Below are positions 53,791 to 64,000 of a DNA stretch of 64,000 bases, piece after piece. Numbering within the stretch: the first letter of the stretch is position 1; each line of letters starts with the position of its first letter. Both the position numbers and the translations under genes were made by a program. Origin of the DNA: Antedon mediterranea (Eukaryota; Animalia; Echinodermata); contig NC_092675.1 of NCBI RefSeq assembly GCF_964355755.1, forward strand, positions 19,006,912 through 19,070,911, given 5' to 3'. The notes under the pieces were generated by a model that had not been told where the DNA came from, made no database searches, and saw only the letters and a program-made list of their open reading frames with translations.

Positions 53791-56700
53791 ATGGATAGCA
53801 ACATGGCTGATAGCACGAGTGCTAGCGAGATTGAAAGTGATACAGATAGTATTAAAATGACACCATCTTCGTCTAAAAGAAAGGAAGAATTGTGCAATAG
53901 GATTAAATCACTGGAACAAGAAAACACAGTGTTGAAAATCGAGGTGGAAACGTACAAATTAAAGTGCAAATCTCTGCAGGCCGATAACAAAGAGTTGAAG
54001 AAAGCGAGCGTGAACATTGTACGTATGGGCTCTCAGTGCCTTTTTAATGAGATAAAAGTATAACCTTGTTGGGCCTAGGGATATGGCTAGGCCCACGTCT
54101 GATTTTATATTTAATATAGGACATCATAATATGTATTTATATTTAATCGAATCGGTTCTGATAAATTAAAGTGTTAATATGTTATGGTGATTTTGTAAAA
54201 ATGCGGTCGACAATTCAGGACTTTCTTTGCTGATTCTCTGTATTTGTGTAGGCCTCTAGTAGGCCTAGTAGGCTATTCATTTTCAATTGTAAATTGTTTG
54301 TAGGTAGGTGCTAACTTAGCTCTAGCCTAGTAATGTGTGTGTTTTTGTATGAATAAAGATTTCTTTTATATAGGCCGGATGTTATAAATGAAATAATATT
54401 TTAAATTTGTTTCACAGCAAGTACAGGCAGAACAAGAGGAAGAATTTATTAGCAATACACTATTGAAGAAAATTCAAGTTCTGAAAAAAGAGAAAGAAAA
54501 GCTAGCTGTTAATTATGAACAAGAAGAAGAGTTTCTTACTAACGATCTTTCACGGAAACTTACTCAGGTATTACAATTTATAAACTACTGTATATATGTA
54601 CGTAATACAATACCTATTGTACTGTAGACACTTTTGCCAAATGTTTTCACTTTTATTCATTCATTCAACATTTATTTATGAAACAGTTCAAGAAATAAAA
54701 AAAGCATACATTTACAATAACTTAAATGGTAACATTAAATAATAACTGTTTTTGATGATTTTCTGATGATTAATTCAACAAACGAGACAACTACAGTAGG
54801 CTTGGTCTAACTATAGCTTGGGTACGTTGTTGCCTACAAACTAGAATACGGTACCGCCTACATACTAGAGAATGTTTCCGCCTACAAAATCGAGTATGAA
54901 TAATATCAAACATGGTGTTGTTGTGTAACCCGCTACATTATATTTTATTCATAAACCCTAAATAATGACTCAATTTACTGTAATATTGGCAATCATAATG
55001 TAATATACTGTAAGAAGTGTTTAAAATGTTGACTAATTAGTGGTTGCTTATAATTTTCCATTTATAAGGCATTTATTTAAACATACAATCACACATTCAT
55101 CAAACAATCTATTGTATAGTAAGAAGTATTAAATTTCAGATGAAAATTATTTCAATATACAATATGTTTCTTTTCAAATACCATCATCATCAGTTCATAA
55201 GCCCACTTGTGCAACATCTGCTGCATGCAATGTTCACATAATCACATTATGCCAAGGAAACCATCAGATTTTAGTCAATATATATTAACTTATAGTAAGT
55301 TGGTATACAGTAGATAAAAGGTGCTTTTATTACACCTTATGGATGTACAGTATGTACATCTCCGATCAGCGTTCATTTATTTCTAAAGAACGACCCTAGA
55401 ATATGTTGTAACTATACCTACTACCTATACTACTATTTTAATACCTTGCTATATTACCACCCACATGATTGAAGACCCATTTTTCTGCATACATGGCTAC
55501 TTTAAATTTCATTAATATACTCTCCCTGTGTTTTCACACTTGTCTTAATATGATGGTGTCTAATTATCAGCATCATGGAAAAAGCAGTGCGAGATGAAAA
55601 TTGATTATTTTCATTTTATTGATTAGCAGTTTCCGTCGACAATCTACTGTAGTGGAGAAGGGATGTTTCAAATTAATAAGATTTGAATTTAGTAATATAA
55701 TCCAATTATTAGAATTTATTCGCTACTGAAATAAATGAAATTAGTTACAGGTTAATAACTTGTATACTGTAGTGTACTGTAGTACAGATTATGTTAAAAA
55801 AACATATAAAAACTGATTCATAATGAGAGACAAGCCATGATTGAATGTTTCGATCATTATTTGATCATCATCATAGATCGTTACAATTACTAGTATGCCA
55901 ATCTTTTATTAAACTGTGCATTCAAATATTTATAATAACTGTTTTACGTTAAAAATCATTAATAAGATTAATTAAGTATGTTCAGTGTAGATTCATTTTA
56001 AAGATATTTATGAACTGTATAGGGGAAAAAACAAAAATAACCAATGTTTGAAAAAATTAAGAAATAACAAAATGGTCAAGCCACACAGATACTATTAAGA
56101 TACTAAAGATGAATACACTAGGTAATGTACTGTAGTACTGAGTAAAGACTCAAAATGGCTCAGCTGTCTTCCTGGAGACAGCCTGTTTAAAATTTTATTT
56201 AATGAAAATAAATTAGCATCTCAGTCATTAGTGATGTACAGTAGCCATACTGTATTTAATGTTCCATATTATTCTGTGTATTATTTTTATTAGTTAAAAT
56301 GAACAGTTTATTAATTTTGTTGTGTTGTACAAGGGTATTTTTTTATTATTATTTTTTTATTTCAGCTCCGTCAAGAGAAAGCTCAGTTGGAGCAGACATT
56401 AGAGCAGGAACAGGAATATCAAGTGAATAAATTGATGAGAAAGATTGATAAATTAGAGAATGAAACTGGCTCTAAGCAAAGAAAACTGGAAGAGGTATTG
56501 TTAGAATTTACTGTAGAACTCCTCCCTTGAGACACCCTATTACTGTATAAGGGTGTGGAGGGCGAGTGTGATCCCAAATATGGTAGTAATATATCACATT
56601 CATGTAAAGTTTGATAGTGTAGACAGAGCTTACGGTACAATATGAACATATTTTAATTGTCTTTCTTATACAGTACATGTAAAATAATGTTGATAACCAA

Positions 56701-59700
56701 CTAATTTCTCTTTTTCATTAATAAAGCTTCGTCGAGAGAAAGTAGATCTGGAGAATGCACTAGAACAGGAACAAGAAGCTCTAGTAAACAGACTCTGGAA
56801 AAGGATGGATCGACTAGAAGCTGAAAAAAGGTTAGAAGATGATCTCATGTTATGTAGTGTGAAAAATAAGGTTACTCCAACTTCAGCTCCATCGAGACCA
56901 CTGAATATAGTAGAATGGAACCTTTCTTATTTGTTTGAATAGGAAAAACAAAATCACTTTACACTTACATACACTATTGTACAGTATAACACTGGTGGGG
57001 GTACCTACTGTATAGTAAAGACATAATTCAATTTTAATTGCTATAAATTGAGAATTTATTTACTTATTAACTAGCCCAAGGGAGAGTTGGTACCTCTTTG
57101 TTTATATTTTAATACAGTAAATAAACGAATCTATCTAATTATTGCTTATTATTTAGAATTTTGCAAGAAAAATTAGATGAACCAGTATCAGCTCCACCAT
57201 CTCCCCGGGAAATTAAGAACGGGGACACGACCCAGATTCTTAGTATTCATGTTCAGACGCTACGCCAGGAAGTGTTGAGGCTACGTCGACAACTTCATAT
57301 GACACAAATGGAAAGTAAGTTTTGACATTTGTTTTATTTCATTTAAATATAGACTGTAATGTAAATCAAATGTGTAAAAAAAAAAACTGACTTTGAATAC
57401 CAGATTTGTACACTGGACCTCCAGTTTTAAGTCCTTATCCGAGAAGACTTGTTCTACCACCAAAACAATGGTCGAAGAATGTCTTGAACCTGTGTCGATT
57501 GTATGCTATGGTTTGGTATAACTGTACTTTAGTTCATTTTCCAAAATGTTTACTTATAGAATCTGAACAAATGGCCCAGTTGATGCAAGAGGAGAAAGGC
57601 GTCAAAGAAGAAAATATTCGGTTGCAACGGAGACTCCTTCTGGAACAGGAGCGCCGTGAAGCATTAAGTCGTCACCTGTCAGAGAGTGAGTCTAGTTTGG
57701 AGATGGATGATGAACGGCACTTCAACGAGATGACAGCGCATGGTCTCCGTCCAAGAACCATCTCTAGTCCCATACCTTATTCACCTAATGCAAACAGACC
57801 AACATCACCTGGTAAGGCATTTTCCAAACTAGAACAGTAACCTAGTTAACTTTTTTCTAGCATATTAGACACACAAGACGTTGTCCTGTTAAAGTAAGCC
57901 TGGTACAGAGAATTATTGTCGAATCCCTAGCCCAGTGTGCACAGACAACACATGTTGCCTAGCCCATAAATATCTTAAAATGAAAATATTTTCCTCTTTT
58001 ATTTAGCAATGCATGCCTTTTCACCGCCCTCTCCAGCCAGTAGAAGTACCCCAGCCTCGGCTGGTACCCCATCTCCAATGTCATTTGGAACATCTCCACC
58101 TGTTAGTCACCTGGTAAGTTTGACATGCAAATTCTTTATTATTAATAATAACATTATTTTCTTTTTCTTGTATCTTTAATAAGTCATCATAAAATTGATT
58201 GATTGTTTGACAGTTACTGTACAATCTTAATTCATTTCTGAATAATTGTGTCATTGAATAAATGTATTAAAGACAGGTAGCAATTTTAATAGAGAAAACG
58301 GTTTCTGACAGCTAAAATGTTTATTAGTTATCCGCATTCAGCGGATAACTCCTTGTAACTGTCCTGTTTCATCATCTTTTTTTTTTTCTGTATTCTTCTT
58401 TCTTTCTGTCATTTTTGTGTCTCGCGTAACTCAAAAACGTGTAAACATAACATTTCATAACTTTGTCAACATGTGGGCATTTACGTGAAATTGTGCACCT
58501 CCTATTTTGAATGACCTCAGAGTTGCGCAACATGACTTACGCGCGTTTTTACGAATTTCGCGTATTTAACATAGATCGAAAACCATATAACAATTTATTA
58601 TGAAACTTAACAAAAGTTTAAGTTATATCTTGCGCTAACTGACTATGGGGAAAAAATGGCATGTTTCACACGAAGTTACGCGTGCACGCGCGTTTAAAAT
58701 TTCAAAATGCGAAAAATCAATTTCTAATCAACTTTCTACGCATTTCATGTCATTTTGAGCATGTCAAAAATTCCCACGCGCGCGCATTTTTTTACGCGCA
58801 TGGTGCGAACGTAGCGTTGAAAACAATTTTTTTTGCGTGATTTATGTTTTTTCAGCCTTTTCTAGTAATTTTACCAACTTTTAAACAATTTCGACTTAAA
58901 ATTACGTCATACGGGCACGTTGAATTGAATAATTTACGTGCGTTTTTGATGAAAAAGTTCAAAAATTCGTCAAAATTATGCCTTTTTTTAAACAGTCATA
59001 GATTCTAAACAACGAGGTGAACTTTTTTTTAATTACATATTCTGGAAGTTGATGAGTTGTAGATATCGGATCATGAAACAATATGGCTAACCGGACATTG
59101 TGACGTCATCGTATGGCCACACGAATGTAAAATATAAGATTTTTGTCTCTTTTGTTATTGCTCATCATATTCAATGGAGCGCATCACGCCTATCTGTATT
59201 CCGTTTTCTCCGAGATTTTAATATTGTCTAGGTCAATCAACTATCTTACGCATTAATTAAAAATATTTTAATTTTGTTGACGTCATCATGCCTAAAAATT
59301 ATAATTAACAGGGTCATTAATTTCATCTTTACAGTAAATTTTAATCTGTTATAGCTCGTAAGAACAAAAAGTGATAATTTTGATTAAAACGTTTTCTGGA
59401 AGCTATTGGACTGTAGATACGAATTAATGTGAACATTTTGCCAATCGGATGTTGTGAAGTCATCATATGGCCAGTTGATTAAAAAAAGTCGTATTTTCAT
59501 ATTTTGCGTCATGGTTCATCACATTTAAACGAGCACGCATCCATATTCTACGTATTCAAATTTCTTCTACACGTTAATGTGTTGTTGGTGAGATAATGTC
59601 CTTCCGAAATTGCTATCTTAGTGTTTAATTTTAATACCGTCGCCATGTTAAAAATTGGAATAAACGGTTGGTCCCGTAATTTCACCTATTCTACACTGTA

Positions 59701-60452
59701 TGTAATATGTATACAGATTATACTGTATATACTATATGACACAAAATAGACAGAATTCAGCACTAACAATATATGATATTCTTCAGTTCAGGTCATAATG
59801 CCATAATCTTTTTCTGTGTGCAATATTCCAACGTATGACGTGCACGTGGCGTTTCTCGTGCGGATAACTAACTCGTCAAAGTGACGAGTTTCATGTCTAG
59901 TTAATATTTATCTTACTACTGTTTACGGTAAAATAGAATGCACTATACGATTTACATTGGCGTGTCCTTAATTCATTTACTAAATAAATCACTGAATAAG
60001 ATATAACTAAATACAAATGTCCTTTAATATTTCATTACAGTAAAACTTTTTATATTTTATTGTATGTAATGTTCTCTGTTTTGTATATTTTACAATAAAA
60101 ATGTTGTGATTTTCCATTGATGTTTCCAATATTTAATAAATTCTAAAATTCAATGTTATCTATATTTGCTATTTATTTTCCATTGATGTTTCCAATATTT
60201 AATAAATTCCAAAATCCAATGTTATCTATATTTGCTAGCGATTTTCCATTGATGTTTCCAATATTTAATAAATTCCAAAATTCAATTTGATCTATCCTTT
60301 TGTAGAGACACAGCACAGAGCGGCTATTGATTTTCCATTGATGTTTCCAATATTTAACAAATTCAGTTTGATCTATTCTTTTGTAGAGACACAGAGCAGC
60401 TAGTACCACACCAGAGAGGTTTGTTAAGCCACAGGCACCACCTCAATCTTAG
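53791..60452 (+). CDS. CCDC6: Coiled-coil domain-containing protein 6 (397 aa)
   Basis: Exons 53791-54018, 54418-54567, 56366-56494, 56727-56830, 57157-57314, 57560-57811, 58007-58113 and 60387-60452 total 1194 nt, GT-AG and in frame. Diagnostic motifs: [69 protein letters not shown] and [11 protein letters not shown]. Confidence 0.95.
58324..59901 (+). mobile_element. Helentron/HINE-like element in CCDC6 intron 7
   Basis: Subterminal IR ttagttatccgca / tgcggataactaa, then the hairpin actcgtcaaagtgacgagt and ctagtt. CpG-rich interior. A related 5' end lies at ~61908. Confidence 0.72.
60105..60400. repeat. ~65-85-bp tandem repeat overlapping the CCDC6 last-exon acceptor
   Basis: Four copies of attttccattgatgtttccaatatttaa. 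The last two include ttttgtagagacacag. Confidence 0.85.
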
Positions 60453-63400
60453 CAGAAGAGACGTCTGGTTGATGCTCAACCATATAAGCATGCTATACAG
60501 TTGTTATGAATCCAGAAACCCGGAGGATAGCACAACTGTACAAAGGTGGTGTTGTAACATGCTACATATATGTTAAATTATGACGCATATTTGTTTGATG
60601 TTGGCATCACGGATGCGTAGGTCAACTCGTAGGTTAACGGAGGAAGATTTATAGCGGGAGAAGTTGCCGTGAGAATGCTTGAATACACTTGTGCTGAAGC
60701 TTTAGAAACAAAAGCCTGTTTTTCTGTCAAATTTAATACAAGCCATTAAAAGAAGAATAATAATTGTTTTAAAATAAACTATAAAATCGGATCAATTTTT
60801 TGAAAATATAGCTATATTGTTAGAGCTTATAGGATTTAAACCTAGAACAAAATATCAAAGTTATTAATTTATAATTTTAATTTCAAATTGAGAAATGAAG
60901 CCTAACATACCCATGGTATTCCATATCCTTTTTTAAATTATTATTCTATTCTATGTCACCAAAAACAATTAGTTTTACTTTTACAAGATACAAATTTCAC
61001 ACAATGGAGTGGATTTTTGTAGCCCAACATATCTTTTAGACTTATATGTTTTTACTGACAGGCATAGAGATTTAGTGAGTATTGAATAACCTTTGAAACA
61101 TGTTGCTATCTATCTATTACTAACAATTAATACTTAAATGTGCTATTTTCTTATAGTTTTATTTGGGTGTTAAATTAATTTAATACCATGCTTCATAATA
61201 CAGTTGAACCCCTAGTAGGACATCCTATTAAGAGGACACTGCCTTGAAATAAACACGGGCAGTATATACTACAGCTTACCACTATACAGGGGACACACCT
61301 ATTAAAGGACACTTTGTTAGGTCGTGAAAGCATCTCCTTAATAGTTTTTGTATTTTACAGAAAACCTTTTCTTTCAGCATTCATCTCCTAACAAGTAGTA
61401 TAGAAATTGCTTATGCATTACATAACAAATGTAATATCCGTAAGCAATGATTCTACGTACAGAATAATGGCAACGGTAGATTAAACACATTTATGAGGCT
61501 TTATGCTTCAACTCAATATTTTTCAAGTTTAAATTTCAATTTCATTGGTGCTAAAACAAACGTTACATTACTGTCAAGTCAGTATCTATTCAAAATTCGC
61601 TATCATTTTGGTTAAACAAATGCTGAAAGAAAGCTTTTTACAGTCTGGAAAATGTATAAAATATTAGTACATCTGGTGCTGTTTTAATACAACATTTGTT
61701 ATTCAGTAGTTATCGTGAGACATTTCTAGTCCAAAGGATAAACTATTGTATGCAGTAAACGGTTGTGTTGCTTTTCTCATTATGGCCAGTTTAGAATTTT
61801 TTCTGTCAAATTTATTTATATAATTTATTCATATAAAATATGAACAACAGTGATATACAGGAAATTAATTAAATCAATTGTGAAGATGAGGAAATCTGTG
61901 AGGATAATTAGTTATCCGCACCTTGGCAGATAACTTCTTGTGATTGTTGGGATATTTTTTCATTATCTTATTTGTTATTCTTCTTTCCACGATTTTTGTG
62001 CGCATAATATCCCCTACTGCTTGTAAACACAACTTTGTAAAAAGATTGACTTTGGAGTGTAGATGTGCAGCCAAGCTTTTCGACGATGTGGGAGCTGTGT
62101 TGTATAAGTTACATGCATGAATTTCTATAACTCATCATAAATTTAGAACCAACAAATATTCTTTTATGAAACTTAATGAAATTATAATTCATATCATGCG
62201 TCAACTTTCTATGTGGTAATAAAACAAGTGTAAATGTTGCTTTTGTAACTCCCCTCTGAATGTTTACAAATGAATAGCATACAGGGTGTTACAGTACTAA
62301 GCTAATAATGTGTAACCTTAATTTTACCATGGTCAGTTTTTATAGGCATAGCAAACAAAAATATGTTGGCAATTTTTAATATAAAATTTGTACTAAAAAT
62401 TTAGTAGTTGTTTTGCACAAAGTATTTCGCACGAGTGATAATGTTTTGCTACATTTTATTAATTTGATAGAATTTCACTGCAATGTGTATTGTATTGCCC
62501 CTTTCGTATGGCCAGTACTGACATGACATTGAAATCAACACCTATATACCAAAAAAAATGTTTGGTAACCAGTGCATATATTAGCGTTTTCTTTCATGTT
62601 TCTAACCGTGGGTGTTGCTCACAATTGTTCAAACTTGTGTTAACTCCAAAGTTCTGGTTTTCTTTGTGTGAAAGGAACACAAGTTTTGTATTTAGCAATA
62701 GCAAATAGTTGTGGATATTGTAGAGTTAACAGTGCTTTAAATGTATAAATTATAAATAAGATATAAAGAGTTCTATACTGCAGAAAAAGTGGTACTATAA
62801 AAAAGAAACATTGTATAGATGAAGTTAATTTTTTGTTGTAAATTTATATTTTTTTAATTCTTAAGAAAGTTCATATAATAATTTTATTCTGATGCATCAG
62901 ATACACTTGGAATTATTTCCTATTTTTGCATAATGCACACATATCAAGTTGTGAAACAACTTGCAGTACAGTTAATACTACTTGTACAGTACTTATAAGT
63001 GCATTATTACTGTTTAATATTTGTTTACCATTTTATTTGTTTTACTGAATCTGTCGAAATCATTTTACTGTATCATGCTTGGCTATGGTAATAAACATTC
63101 ATGTCTGAACCTTTTTTTCAATCGTTCTTGTGCTTAAGTTTGATTTCACACAAAACAAGCACACAGTGCTTTAGATTGGTTTTACACAATGTAAGCACAC
63201 AGTGCTTAAGATTGGTTTTACACAATGCAAGCACACGGCAAGTAATTTGGTCAATGTCATGGATCATCCAAATCACTTGCGGTGACCATTATTTTTTCAC
63301 AAAGATCTGAACAGTAAGTTTCATCTATTTATACCCATACCATCTGCTGCAACTAGTTAATTTAGTAACATTAGCATGTTTGTGGTTAGAATTAAGAGGC

Positions 63401-63654
63401 AAGAAACAAGTTGTAAGTGATTTGATTCGAATTTGTGTACAGATCAGTTCGAAAGAAACTCGCATCTAGTTCTAATGAAAGCATACAAGGGTATTTAGTA
63501 AAAGTGGGTACATAATAATTTGAATGAAACCAATGCAATACAAATAATTTAAAGTACTATAACATATTTATTCTATATAACAATATTTACAGTTAAAACA
63601 ACGTTTCACTAGAAAATAACTTTGTCTATGTCTATAGATTTTGTTAATTGTCTA

Positions 63655-63857
63655 GGGTCCTGGGAGAGCAATTTTGTACTGAAGGGTCCTGGGAGAGCAA
63701 TCTTGTACTGAAGGGTCCTGGGAGAGCAATCTTGTACTGAAGGGTCCTGGGAGAGCAATCTTGTACTGAAGGGTCCTGGGAGAGCAATCTTGTACTGAAT
63801 GGTCCTGGGAGAGCAATCTTGTACTGAAGGGTCCTGGGAGAGCAATCTTGTACTGAA
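63655..63857. repeat. 29-bp minisatellite, 7 copies
   Basis: gggtcctgggagagcaatcttgtactgaa repeated 7 times. Confidence 0.97.
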
Positions 63858-64000
63858 GATCAGTACACAGTTTATGAAAATAAATAAATATACCAGAAAA
63901 CTAAAATATAGTGGATTGTCTTACAGAAATAATTGTACATTTGCAAATACATCTGTATTCGCGGTTGGCACAAGCAAATATTTATATATCAATATGGTGT

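Noticed and set aside
53487-54017. 176-aa minus-strand ORF
   Set aside because: Antisense shadow of CCDC6 exon 1 and its GC-rich leader; no domain.
61199-61345. Tc1/mariner MITE remnant (tacagttgaacccc...)
   Set aside because: No convincing matching right TIR; too decayed to call.

Overview
AT-rich animal genomic DNA with GT-AG spliced genes; a marine invertebrate origin is inferred from the gene and transposon repertoire. The left ~42 kb is a tandemly duplicated cluster of fibrinogen-related-domain (FReD) lectin genes with a period of ~33.6 kb. It holds one intact 5-exon signal peptide + PAN/Apple + FReD gene (28450-33567, 321 aa) and two damaged copies of a second type with a short Cys-rich N-terminus (4783-13068 and 40228-41240). 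The right end holds an intact 8-exon CCDC6 orthologue (53791-60452, 397 aa). The rest is a dense transposon and repeat landscape: a defective Academ transposon with ~1.35 kb palindromic arms, non-autonomous TAG...CTA elements, a Helitron, Helentron/HINE-like elements, a Penelope-like element with a hammerhead ribozyme, LINE fragments, a tRNA-like cassette, and several mini/macrosatellites. A CpG-rich, intronless orphan ORF (47357-48485) looks foreign, possibly viral. All calls were made by eye with no database search, so family assignments rest on recognised motifs and on filled/empty-site comparisons between the duplicated blocks.
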